Positions 37,747-50,715 of a DNA stretch of 64,000 nucleotides are shown piece after piece. The stretch covers positions 11,532,001 through 11,596,000 of the forward strand of contig JBHGNT010000021.1 in NCBI GenBank assembly GCA_043228905.1, written 5' to 3'. The stretch is from Azolla caroliniana (Eukaryota > Plantae > Polypodiophyta). Under the pieces are notes generated by a model. It ran no database searches. It was given only the letters and a program-made list of their open reading frames with translations, and had not been told where the DNA came from. Position 1 is the first letter of the stretch; every line of letters starts with the position of its first letter. The translations under genes were made by a program, and so were the position numbers.

Positions 37747-40700
37747 TGTTGGGAATATGTCCCTCCCGTGGGAGCAACTGACTTTCTGGAAATAGCCAAT
37801 AATCGAAGACAAGGAAGAACCGACTGTCTAGAAGTAGCCGACAATCGAAGACAAGGAAGAACCAATTGTCTAGAAGTAGCTGATAGTTGAAGACAAGGAA
37901 GAACTGACTATCGAAGAAAAGGAAGAGCCGACTGTTCGGGTCGAGGAGAGCCGACTATCAAAGAGTTAACAAATAGGGAGTCAGACTGATTAACTGTTGA
38001 CTCTTATTATTATAGTTATAATAATAGTAGCGATGTGTAGTAGGGGCTATACTTGTAAATAGCCCATGTGATGTATTAGTATAAATATGCCTAGGGAAAA
38101 TGTATAGGTGTTGTTGCAAAGAGTGTGTGTAGAGTGTAGGTTGGAGTTAACCGTGTGAGTAAGAGGAGTAGAGTGAAGAGAGGGAGAGTGTCATGCCATA
38201 ACTGTGTGTGTAACAACAGATGCAGGAGCCCTATGTGGCTTATACACTCGATAGGAGAGTGTTGTAATATTCAACATTGTATATCCACTGTATATTGAAG
38301 TTCTGTTCTCTAGTGGTTTTCTCCCATTACAAGGTTTCCATGTTAAATCTGCGTGCATTGTTATCTTGTGTATCTATGTTGTGTATTTCAATATTTTTGT
38401 TCTTGTGAATTAACGATCCGATTCTCATCAAACTGGTATCAGAGCTTGAGGTGCAAGCATGCAACGAGGTGCGAGCGGCTTCCTAGGCATAATAGTTCTA
38501 AACTCACAGAACTATGCGGACTAGAAGATAAAGATGGAAGACCTTCTCATAGTGAAAGACCTATATGAGCCCGTTGACAGAGCAAATATACCTAGGGGGG
38601 TATTGGAGCCGGAATGGAAACTTCTTAAAGGTGGTGGCCACCATTTGACAGTGCGTCGATGTAAGTTTCCTTCAGCATGTGGCAAATGACACAAATGCCC
38701 ACGAGTTGTGGCAAAAGCTATCGGGTTTGTATGAGAAGAAGAATGCCCTCAATAAAACTTCACTAATGAGAAAAATCGTGTGGCTGAAATATAGAGACGG
38801 TGAGAGCATCATCGAACATATCAACACTTTCATGGGGTATGTGAATCAACTTGCTGCAACCAAGTTTCCCCTTGATGATGCGATGCAGGTCATTCTATTG
38901 ATGTTCACACTGCCGAATAGTTGGGGGAACCTGGTGGTTACTCTCAACACCTCCCATCAAAAAGAGAACTTGTCTTTACAAGTGGTGAAGACAAGCATCC
39001 TTAATGAGGAAGCACGGAGGAAGGACAAGGGAGTCTTGTCCCAGTCGGAGTCGAATGTGACCCAACAGATTGTAGAGGAAGGAACCAGCGAAGAAGCCCA
39101 CAACGAAGGGAAAGGTCCCAAGCCAGATCAAAGTCTAGAGGTAAGCTCGTGTGCTTTTATGGTGGAAAACTTGGACACTTCCAGAAGGACTGTCAACACA
39201 TGAGAAAGACAAGGGTGTCGGAAACAATATCGAACCCAGGAAAATTCCTGATGAGAAGAACACTTCGGCCATTGCTACGAGCAATGAAGAATTTTGTTGT
39301 TCATTTGTGAACAAACAAGTGGAAACCTTGCAAGAGAAGAATGCACTTGGGTTATCGACTCTAGGGCATCTTTCCACATATCTCCATCGAGAGAGTATTT
39401 CTCAACTTACATAGTCGGGGATCATGGCTATATAAAGATGGGTGATAGTGGAGAGTGCAAAATAGCAGGAAGTCGGAAGTGTCCACTTGATGACGTCAGT
39501 AGGGTGTCACCTAACTTTGAAGGATGTTCGACACATCCCCAATATCAAATTGAATTTGATATCGACTGGAAGGATGGATGAAGAAGGCCACCCACATTGG
39601 TAGCTTTTAGAATGACACGTGGAAGTTCTGCCAAGGAAATCTTATAGTGGCCCGAGCACAGAAAGAAGGCACATTATATATGATATATGTCCGACTGTGC
39701 ATGTCGGAAGTGAACGTGGTAGCCGACTTAGCAGGAGAGATATGGCATAAGAGGCTAGGCCACATGAGCGAGAAGGGATTGCATCTGTTAGCCAACCAGA
39801 AACTCCTACTAGAAGTCGAGTGCACCTAGAGAAGTGCGTCGATTGCTTAGTTGGTAAGCAGAATAGAGCAACATTCCACACAAGACCACTAAAAAGAAGA
39901 GAAGTGCCATTGGAACTAGTACACACGGATGTGTGCTATGTAGATTCTCCATTGCATCGAGGAGGATAGTACTTTGCGATGTTTATTGGTGACTATAGTC
40001 AGGAGACATGGGCCTTCGTACTAAAGTCGAAGGATCAAGTATTGTCATTCTTGAAGGAGTTCCAAACAAGAGGCGAACGAGAGTCGGGTCGGAAGTTGAA
40101 GGTTGTCTGATCCGACAATGGTGGTGAATATAAAGGGAAGTTTGAGGAATATGGCAAGGCCCAAGGTATTCGAGTTGAATACATAGTGCCAAAGACCCTT
40201 GAATTGAACGGGCTTGCAGAGAGGATGAATCGAACAATCATGGAGAGAGTGATGAGCATGCTCTCTCATGCTAAACTATCGAAATCCTATTGGGCTGAGG
40301 TGATGTATACAACTATTTACCTGATCAACAAGTCTCCCTTAGTGCCATTGAAGGATGATGTCCCACTGAGGGTGTGAATGGGAAAGGATCTCTCCTACCA
40401 GCATCTGAGGTTGTGGATGGGAAAGGATCTCTCCTACAAGCATCTGAGGGTGTTCAGATGTCTGGCATATATGCATGTACCAAAGGATCAGAGGGCGAAA
40501 GTCGACAGTAAGTTGAAAGCATGCATATTCATGGGATACTCTGAAGATGAGTTCGGCTATAGGCTATGGGACCTAGTCGACAAGAAAGTAATGAGGAGTC
40601 AGAACGTAGTCTTCTTAGAAGACAAGACCATAGAGGACTGGAAGCGACAGAAGTTGGAATCGACTAACTAGTCAACCTCCACTACTATCAACTTGAGGTC

Positions 40701-40975
40701 AAGTGAACCAACTCCGACGACTGTTCGGAGATAGCTAGTCGGCACAGCTGAATCCGAGTCGATCGACTCAAAGAGACCGGCCCGACTATGAGTTTGAGTT
40801 GGAAGAATTATTAAGGTCGATCGAGGAATATGAGTTGGAGTTGTTCAACCAGGAGATGCCGATCGACATATATGAACCCGAGCAAAGAGGAGAGTCAGGA
40901 GAGAGACTCGAACAAGAGCCGACAACAAGTGGAAGGAGATACCCACTCAAAGAAAGAAAAGCATCGACAACATAT
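37747..40975 (+). mobile_element. Degraded copia 5' half (LTR 37747-38430, PBS 38434-38444, gag, protease, integrase)
   Basis: TGTTGGG..ATCA then AAC TGGTATCAGAG; gag ORF 38679-39203; WVIDSRAS; IWHKRLGH; NGLAERMNRT; three 42-bp tandem units in the LTR at 37801-37915. Confidence 0.9.
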
Positions 40976-43468
40976 GCTCAAAAGTTAAAACAAATGTTAA
41001 GATAAATGTAAATACTTGAGTTATATCAAGAAGATGAATGGGATGCTCCTCGTATTGACTCCTTCCAACACGTTTCCTGCATAAACCTTTCTTATTGGGT
41101 GAAACCCTACTCTCATTAGTCCAAAATATTGTGATTATATCATTGATTTCTGATGTTATGGGTCTCATTGGCTTACATCTTGTTGTTAGCTTTAGTGGAC
41201 TAGTTCTTTCACCCAAGGAAACAATCCAGTTCAATGTGCTATACACACTTTTTCCACTAACACCAATTATTGTAGATAGCATAGTAATGTTAATATCGTC
41301 AACATCACTATTAAGTAACATAATTAGACTAGACCTTTTTAAGACAAGCTCATCTTCTGACCTGCTCAAGGATACGAAACTATTACGGAGATTATTTACT
41401 AGTACAGATGTTATGTTTGCATTAAGACCATCATAATCAACTAACTCCTTTATTGATGGATCATTTAATATTCCATAAAGTACCCCACCTTCTTGTCTTC
41501 ATTGCTGATGTGTTTGGTTTGAGCATTGAAATAGTCTACAACCTTTCTCTCTATTATAATAGTCTCATTACTTCTATTCTCAGTGATATTTAGACCTATA
41601 TCGCAAACAATACTATCTTTACCTTTAGTGAGTGTGGCTTTCGTATCCTTCAACAATTGACGATGTTTTTTTTCTGCCCAATACTTTCGTATCGCTTGTT
41701 GTGTCCTGATAGCGTCATCCCTGTCTTGATGATCATTGAGGGGTAATTCTAAACACCCTCCTTCCCCTTCCATTTGGCTTGACGGGTTTAAACCCTAATT
41801 TTCCCCAAAAAAAGACACGTATCAAAGATGGCTATGGGCAACAACAATACACAAAAATATTCCGCAATACACAAGATTATACACAACAATACACAGGATA
41901 ATCAATAGACAGAATAGTTATTGCAATCTAGGACCAAACAGTGGCGGTAATCCAGGGCCGAATAGTGGTGGCAACTGTGTAGAATGGCGGCAGTGGAGGA
42001 GCGAACTCCGTTTGCTCGAACAGTTTTGGCAATCTAAGACCGAACAATGGCGACAACTAAGTGTAGAATGATGGCAATGGAGGAGTGAATTCCGTTGGAT
42101 CAAACAGTGGCAGATGATGCTTGGAACGCATTATGACGACAACTAAGAGTAGAATGGCACTAGTGGAGAAGGAGTGAACTCCCTCAGATCGAAAAATGGC
42201 AGCAATCCAGGACCGAATAGTAGCAGCAACTGAGTGTAGAATGATGGCAATGGATGATTGAACTCCGTCAAATCGAAAAGTGACAACAATCCAGGACCGA
42301 ACAGTAGCGGCAACTGAGTGTGGAATGATGGCAATGGAAGAGTGAACTCTGTCAGATCAAACAATAGCAAATGATGCTTGGAATGCACAATGATGGCAAC
42401 TGAGAGTACAATGGCGGTAGTGGAGGAGGAGTGCACTCCCTCAAATCGAAAAGTGGTAGCAATACATGACCGAATAGTAGCGGCAACGTGTAGAATGATG
42501 GCAATAGATGAGTGAACTCCGTCAAATCGAAAAGTGACAACAATCCAGGACCGAACAGTAGCGGCAACTGAGTCTGGAATGATGGCAATGGAGGAGTGAA
42601 CTCTGTCAGATCGAACAGTAGCAGATGATGCTTGGAATGCACAGTGATGGCAACTGAGAGTACAATGGCGGTAGTGGAGAAGGAGTGCACTCCCTCAGAT
42701 CGAAAAGTGGCAGCAATACACAACCGAACAGTAGCAGGCAACATGTAGAATGATGGCAATGGATGAGTGAACTCCATCAAATCGAAAAGTGGCAACAAAC
42801 CAGGACTTAACAGTAGCGGCAACTAAGTGTAGACTGATGGCAATGGACGAGTGAACTCCGTCAAATCAAACAGTGGCAGATGATGCTTGGAACGCATATG
42901 AAGGCAACTAAGCGTAGAATGGCGGCAATGGAGAAGGAGTTAACTCCGTCGTATCGAAAAGTGGCAGAAATATACGACCTTCATAGTAGCGGCAATTGAG
43001 TGTAGAGTGGCGGCAATCGAGGAGTGAACTTGGTAGATGATGCTTGGACTGAATAGTGGCGGCAACTGAGTGTAGAATGGCGGGAATGGAGGAGTGAACT
43101 CCGTCGGATTGAACAATGGTAGATGATACTTGGACCGCACAGTGGCGGCAATGGAGGAGTAGACTCAATAGGGTTTAGCAATAGTTGTAGTAATCTAATC
43201 CAGGATACTCAACCAAAGATGGCCCACGTGATGTGCAAAGGATTATGTATATTGGAGCTAGGAATTCGGTATATAATTTATGGTGCACATATCAATTTAT
43301 GTTGCACATTTATGGTGCTCCTTTATATAATTAAAACTCTCAACTATTTTTAATGGTAGCTTTTTGCATAGCTAATTTAACAATGGTAGCTTTTTGCAAA
43401 AAATAACTATTTATCAATGGTAGCATTTTGCATCACTAGCTATGTCAAGGACATAGCTAATTGTTTCC
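40975..43468 (-). mobile_element. Probable DNA-transposon fragment (Mutator-like terminus) with a broken ORF and an internal satellite
   Basis: End reads GGAAAC on the minus strand; three AATGGTAGC(T/A)TTTTGCA subterminal repeats at 43353-43431; 10-bp hairpin at 43437-43459; broken ORF from 41773 to ~40980. Confidence 0.45.
41915..43165. repeat. Tandem satellite, ~84-87-bp monomer, about 14 copies, with ~254-bp higher-order period
   Basis: GTAGAATG(A/G)..GAGTGAACTCC anchors at 41979, 42063, 42149, 42236 and onward; near-identical trimers at 42261, 42515 and 42770. Confidence 0.9.
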
Positions 43469-44354
43469 ACTCCCATGCTTTCACCCTTGTTCTTGTCCTC
43501 AAGTGATAGGCAACATTCTTTGCAAGGTGGATAGCACTTTGGTTGTCAAAATAGATTCGGAATTCTTCTTGTCGAATTTCAAACTCTCCAATAAACTCCT
43601 TCATCTATATGATTTCCTTGCTAGTTTCGACTACGACCATGTATTCGGCTTCCGTGGTTGACAATGCCACGGCCTTCTACAACCTCAACTGCAATGAGAC
43701 AACTCCCCCTACATAAGTCATTACGTATCTAGATGTGGATCGGCTAGTATCCACATTAGTTAACATGTCTGAATCCGTATAACCTTTCAATATGGGGTTA
43801 CCTGAGCCGAATCGAAGGCACACGTTCGTGGTGCCTCTCAAGTACCAAAGTATCCATTTCACCGTAGTCCAATGCTCTCTTCAGGGATTTCTCATGAATC
43901 GATTCACGACTCCGACTGTGTATCCAATGTCCGGCCTGGTACATACCATCGCATACATCAGGCTTCCGACTACTGAAGCGTAAGGCACCTTCATCATCTC
44001 AGCTTTCTATCTTCGTCTTTGGACATTGTGTCGCAGATAGCTTGCTATTCGTCGAGAGTGTCAAACTGACCAGCTTCGCACTTTCCATGCCGAATATTTG
44101 GAGCACCTTCGTCACGTACTTTTCCTGTGACAACCACAATAACTTCTTTGTCTGATCGCGAACAATGTGCATCCCCAAGATTTGCCTTGCCAAACTCATA
44201 TCCTTCATTGAGAATGACCTTCTCAAGGCCTTCTTCAGCATGCAGATCTTAATATGGTCCCATACGACAATCAACATGTCGTCTACATATAGCAGGAGTA
44301 TGAGGAAATCTCCTCGTCAAACTTCTTCACAAACACGCAGTGGTCGGCCTGCGT

Positions 44355-45044
44355 TGTCGTAGTGTATTCCACACACTACGTGAAAACCATAAAATAATAT
44401 ATCCGAATTTAGATACATATAAATAAATAAATAATATATCAAAAGAATTTATCACATGCATAGGGTAGGATTCAAACCATGCACCTCCATGTAGATAAAC
44501 CCCAACTTTACCATTGTAATAACTTATCTTTAGTGTTATAAATATAGATTTAATACGTATAAGACCTTTATTAAAAGGTAAAAATCATGTATTCTTTAGA
44601 GTGTGAATATTTTATTTACACGTGACATTAAAAGTGACTCATGCACATCTAGCGTGCACGAGCCTTATATTTAGGAAATGACAAAACATCACATGCACAT
44701 TTAGTGTGCATGGGCACTTTAGGTGAAAAAGCATGAAGCCATGCTTAGCCTCTTCCATCTTTATATAAGGAGGAGAAAAATATGTATATGGTTGTTGATT
44801 AATATACAAGTTTTTGATCAATCTAATATATTCATGGGATTCACGAATTTTGCCATCTAATTGCTCTTATAATCTAAATATTGTTTTAAAATACACTAAA
44901 CTCGTGGGATTCACGAGATTACTATCTTACTTCTCTTCCTATTATTCATAACTAGCCTTAAGTTGTATTCCTCTTCCTCCTAGTCCAAAACCTCGGCGGT
45001 TCCCACCCGACTCACGCAACGATCCGGAGCCGAAGGGCTCGACA
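44355..45044 (+). repeat. 5' LTR of element B
   Basis: Direct repeat of 50716-51405. Confidence 0.97.
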
Positions 45045-45050
45045 GCGTCT

Positions 45051-45068
45051 TGGTGAACCCGACGTGAA
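45051..45068 (+). promoter_or_regulatory. PBS complementary to the tRNA-Trp 3' end
   Basis: TGGTGAACCCGACGTGAA matches the complement of the plant tRNA-Trp 3' end TTCACGTCGGGTTCACCA (recalled from memory). Confidence 0.85.
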
Positions 45069-45084
45069 AACGGGTGGCAAGGAG

Positions 45085-47127
45085 ATGGAAAATCAACAAG
45101 AGGCTAGCAACATGATGATGATGTTCGAGCGCATGCTACAAGAACAACGCGCGATGTCGGAGATAGCGGCCTCAGTGGAGCGGCTCGTGCAACGAAACGG
45201 GCAATTCAACGGGAAAGACGTGTCGCGGTATCTTCGGGATTACAAGGCGGAGATGCTACGGTGCGGAATATCGGAAGGACTGCAAGTGACGTCCTTCAAC
45301 CGGGTGGCGACCGACGGGCTTCAAGCAAGCATCCATGGGCTACGACAGCAAAATCCGACATAGGAGGCGTTTGAAGTAGAGCTAAAGAGGACGTTCGCCA
45401 TCGAGGATTCCTCCAAGGCGACGCGAAGGGGATTCGAAGATTGGGTGGAGACGCCGGACAAGGGATTGAAGGTCGTTGATGTGTTTTCGGCATTCGAAAG
45501 CCGGTTCGGGAGGTTGTCCGCGAGAGATCAAGCTATCCTCGTACCGGACAAGGTGATCATGTTCTTGCGAGCCGTGGACGTCCGGGACCGGAAAGATCTC
45601 AGAGTGCTCTTGGAGGACACGACCACGGAGAGCGGCCTCACCGAAACATGGGAAAGCGTGTGGGATATCGTCGCGCGATACACGAAGAGGGGGCAATGGC
45701 TTGCCGACGAGGAAAAGAGGGTTTCGGAACCGATTCCGAAACCGAGAACCGGATTGGAAGACCATCAACTGAGGGCTCGAGAGACTACAACCGAGAAGGG
45801 GATTGATGCATCTACGGTGGAGCAACTATTGAAGGAGATGGAGAATCTGAAGATCACGATGGTGAAGAAGTCGGATGACCGCACCACAAGCTCCAAGTAT
45901 ACGGACCGACGGTGCATATGGTGCGATAGCGCCGAACACGATCGGAGGGATTGCGACGAGCATAAGGAGGCGCTACGGGGGGATCTCATCTACTACGAGG
46001 GAAACCGGATTCATTCGATGGACTCTCGGAAGCCACTCCGACCGAACTTCCGGAAAGGCGGCATGAAGAAGGTGCTCGAGGAGGAATTGGCGGCGAGAAG
46101 CAACTATGCGACAACCGCGGGAATATGTGTCGGGGAGTCATCGAGAGCAAAGACGTCTTTTTGGCCGGAAGTTCTAGAAAACACCGAGAAAACCGACTCC
46201 AACGAGATCCGAAGCACCGCGGAAGGCGTCCGGGAAGCTACGGGATGGGAGTGCCCTGTCGACAAGAATAGCGTATACGCCCTGTGTCAATTGCATAAGG
46301 TGTATGTGGACGAGAAACGACGACGAATGGAGGATGCGGCCGGTCCATCGAAGATACCGGAAAGCTGGAACTCCGGAGGTAAGGGAAAAGAAAAGGCGAC
46401 TCCGGCATTCAAGCTCGCCTCGGACATAGAACAACAAACCGACTTGAAAAGAGTGTTCGAGGAAAGAATCTTGGATAGCCGGGTAGATTTCTCGCTTCGG
46501 GAGCTACTCGGAATAGCAAAGAAGGAGTTCCACGATCTTCTCGTGGATCTTGTGAAGCGAAAAAGACAAAGTACGGAGGAAAATGCTCCAAGGGTGAATG
46601 CGAACACCGTTTTAATGAACGACACCGAAGTGGAGGACGAAATTCCGAACTCCCACTATACAAGGCCACATTGGGCACGCGCGACTACGGAGACTCCGGT
46701 CCGAATCGGCAACATCAAAGAACCCGTGCTAGCACTGATTGATCACGGATTGGAGATCAACTTGATGTCCAAGGAGTTCTACCGGAAGGGGAAGTGGCCT
46801 ATTAACACCAACCATGGATGGAAGATTCGGGCGGCCACCAAAGCAACGGAAGATCTATTTGCGGCTTGTCCGGATGTGACGGTGAAGATCGGGGATGTCG
46901 AGATTGACCAAAATTTCTTCGTGCAAGATGAGGTTTCACATTCCGTCATCCTCGGCCAACCCTTTATCACGGCATCATGGATGGAGACGAAGGTGCTCGA
47001 TAGCGGTGCGGCTTTTGCGCGAATTCGGAGCCAAAACGGTGGGAAATCCGTCCAATTCCTAACGGTGCCGGCAAATCACGAAAGGAACAAGAGGGAACTC
47101 TTGTCCCAAGTGAGAATGGATTTTTAA
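45085..47127 (+). pseudogene. gag: gag-protease ORF of element B with an internal TAG at 45361
   Basis: GQFNGKDVSRYL; knuckle CIWCDSAEHDRRDC; protease-like ALIDHGLEINLM..VILGQPF; same frame either side of the stop. Confidence 0.88.
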
Positions 47128-50100
47128 AGCGGACTGTTGCGGAGTGGGGAAGTGATAGTCCGAGAAGCCCTGATACCCCACACAGGAAGAAAACTCTCGG
47201 AGCAAAACATGTACGAATCGGTCCGGATGGGGCATCTACGTACACGACCGTAACCGGAGGATTGAAGAAAGGATACTGACAAGTGGAGGATAAGTTGCTG
47301 TCGGCATCAATAATAAAAGAAGATGAAGAAATCGTGGGGATAGTCGAGGAAGTGTTCTATGGGAGCACGCTACAACGACTTGAAGAGCTTGCGGAAGATA
47401 AAAGCCAAGGGAACCGGGTAGTCCCGGTGGAATCGGTCGAGATGTACGAGATCATTGCGAAAATGGAGCCGGATACGCTCCGTAAAGAAGAAGCAATGGT
47501 AAGTACGAAATACAAGACCATGGAGAAGAAGGTGAAACCGGCCGCGGGACCACTACCCGCCGATAGCGAACAAAAGAGGAAAGAAGTCTCAGGAGATCCG
47601 ACACTTCGGAAGTCCGTGGATATCGGACATGCCTTCACGGATGAGACCCGGAAGAAACTTCGGATCGGTGGAGGTGGGTTCCTATTATAGAAAGAAGAAG
47701 AACGGTTTCGCGAGATGTTGGAGCAACACGGCAAAGCGTTTGCATTTACATCAAGGGAGATAGGGTGCGTCGATCCGAGAATAGTGGAGCCGATGGTGAT
47801 CTTTACGATTGACCATGTACTGTGGAATCTGAAGCCGATTCCGGTGCCACGAGTGCATATTCCGAAAGTCATTGACTTGCTCAAGGAGAAGGTGGCGATG
47901 GGGATTCTAGAGCCATCAACTGCTCCGTACTCAAATTGATGGTTTACGGTTCCGAAGAAGAATGGGTCACTCCGATTTATCCAAGACTTGCAACCGGTGA
48001 ATAAGGTCACGATCCGGAACTCGGGAGTCGGTCCGATAGTGGACGAATTTGCGGAAGCTTTTGCCGGTCGTGCGATATACTCCATCGGAGACCTATACTC
48101 GGGGTATGACCAATTCCAACTAGCCGTGGAGAGCCGAGACATCACAACCATGCGAACACCGATAGGATTAGTCCGAATGTGCACACTACCACAAGGAGCG
48201 ACAAACTCGGTTGCTCATATGATGAACGCGATGAACAAGGTGCTCCGAGACTGCATTCCGGAGATAACGATGCCGTTCCTCGATGACATTCCGATGAAAG
48301 GATGCGCGGTAGAAGAAAAAGATGATACTATGGATGATTGGGGATGCCGAAAGTTCGTGGTCGACCATATTCATGATTGCGAGAAAGTGTTGCGAAAGCT
48401 AGAAGATGTGCACCTAACACTTTCCGGGGAGAAATCGGCATTCGGGCAAGAAGAAATATTGGTGGTCGGACATCTATGTGGGCCCTACGGTCGAAGACCG
48501 TCACCAACAAAGATCGATGCGATTCAAGCTATGGAGGAAGTATGCGAGTCAACATCCGAAGTCCGAAGGTTTCTCGGTGCATGTGCATTCTATCACATAT
48601 GGATTCCGCACTATGCACATATAGCGGATCCACTCTACCACTTGTTGCGGAAAGGTAAGAAATTCGAATGGAAATCGGAACACACCAAAGCCATGAAGAA
48701 ATTGAAGAAGACACTTCGGAGGGCGGAAGCACTTAAGAAACTAAGCTATGACCAACCGATCATAGTAACGGTTGATACAAGTCCAACCGGTATCGGGTGG
48801 GTCATCAATCAAGCCGACTCGGATGGTTCGCGGTATCCGATCCGATTCGGAGCAAAGGTTCTCAACGAAAGGCAACGTGAATATGCACAAGTCAAAAGAG
48901 AACTGTGGGGAGTCGTGTCGGCGATAAAATCGGATCGGGATTATTTGATCGGAGCCGAAGTGGTGATCGAGACGGATTGTCTTCCGATACTCGGGATGAT
49001 GCGGTGTTGTACGATACCAGATGTAGCTATGCTAAGGTGGGTTGCATGTGTCAAGTCGCTTAATCCGGAGGTTCGACACATCTCGGGGAAGGAAAACGCG
49101 GTAGCGGATATGTTATCAAGGGCTCGGTTCGGAGACGACATAACCGAATCGGATAATGAAGAAGTTTCCGAAGACTACTTCGCGTCGGAGCACATATGCC
49201 GAGTGAACGTAATCCGAGAATTTCGGGAAGAAGAATATGAGGGAGAAAGTTTGATGATCGGAAAGATGTTACAAGAGGCCGAGGACTCAACAAACGATAA
49301 AGGAAGAAGAGCCGAGATCCGAAGGAAGAAGAGGCAAGTCCAAAAGTTCTTCTTGGAAAACAGATTAATATGGAGGGCGCCGAAAAGACCGGATGGTATA
49401 CCACTTCGAGTAGTCGGGACAAAAGAGCAACGAAACCGGATAATGTCCGAGTTTCACGAATCCGATTGGGCTGGACACCGAGGAACATGGGCAACATTTG
49501 TGAAGATCAAGCAAAATTATTGGTGGAAGAAAATGTACAAAGATATCGCGGAGTTTACGGAAAGCTGCGAGAAATGTCAAGTCTACTCCGGGGTTCGACA
49601 TCGAGATGAGTTACATCCGACATTCTCACCGACAATCAACTTCAAGTGGATGGTCGACATAGTGGCCATGCCGACCGGGATCGGACAAAAGAAATACTTG
49701 GTATTAGCTCGGGAAGATCTCACGAATCAAGTAGAAGGTCGAGCGCTTTAGAGGAAAATGTGTTCCGCGGTATGCCAATTTCTTTTGGAGGAAGTATTTT
49801 GCAGGTACGGGTGCGTAGGCCAAGTGATTGCAGACCGGGGAGAACTCGACTCGGTCAAAGCTAGGGGATTCTTCGCCAAACACGTAGTTCGGTTATCGCT
49901 GACAACGGCATACAATCCGGAGGCCAACGGGAAAATCGAACGAGGACATAGTCCGATCGTAAAAGCACTTGCGAAGGCATGCGATGGAAAGGTGAAGGAC
50001 TGGCCGCAGATGCTTCCATATGCACTATGGGCGGATCGGACGACGCATAGCTCCATAACCGGTTACATGCCGGCAGAACTCATGACCGGACAAGCACCGG

Positions 50101-50715
50101 TAATGCCGACGGAAACCGCGATCGCAACATGGACAGTGCTACCGTGGAAGGAAGAGATGAGCCGGGAAGAACTACTAGCGGTCCGGATACGACAACTAGA
50201 GGGAAGACCGGCAGACATAGCGGAAGCAATACGCCGACACAAGAAGCACGATTAAGGAACAAAAGCCGGTTCGACACAAAGCACCGACTACGACCGAGGA
50301 GGATTGAAGAAGGAGACTGGGTGATCGTCTATGACAGTAGTTTGGACCATCAACATACAACGATGCGGAAATTCGCGAAAAGGTGGTTTGGGCCATAAAA
50401 GGTTCGGAAAGTCTTCGACAACGGAACGTACCGACTGTCCGAGTTGGATGGAACAATACTACGAGTGCCTATAGCCGGGAAGCGGGTGAAGATTTTCAAG
50501 AAGCGGACCGGCGACAAACCCTATGTGATCCAAGCCAAGGCCGACTACGAGGAGCAATCAGATGAAGACCACGGGGATGCGGGAAGCGAAGAACGTGAAT
50601 TACAACTCATAGTCGACATAAGGGGAGAATCGGAGGAAGCTTTGGGTGAAGACGGATATGGGGAATCGAGAACTTTGGCACATACCGGAGGATGTGCGGG
50701 TTCGGAGGGGGCGAG
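47118..50715 (+). pseudogene. pol: pol (RT, RNase H, integrase) of element B in the -1 frame, with several stops
   Basis: DLYSGYDQ, LPQG, FLDDIP, VDTSPTGIG, ETDCLP, H..H..CEKC, VDIVAMP/ADRGE/KIERGH; stops at 47277, 47688, 47938, 49749 and 50396, plus a frameshift near 50240. Confidence 0.92.

Noticed and set aside
41915-43165. CRISPR-like repeat-spacer array
   Set aside because: Whole monomers are homologous with no unique spacers; no cas genes; eukaryotic context.
43437-43468. Canonical Helitron 3' end
   Set aside because: The hairpin is AT-rich and is not followed by CTRR at the expected distance.
44639-44821. Identical 60-aa ORFs at 44639 and 51000
   Set aside because: A consequence of LTR duplication; no coding evidence.
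47357-48184. 275-aa minus-strand ORF
   Set aside because: Antisense shadow of element B RT.
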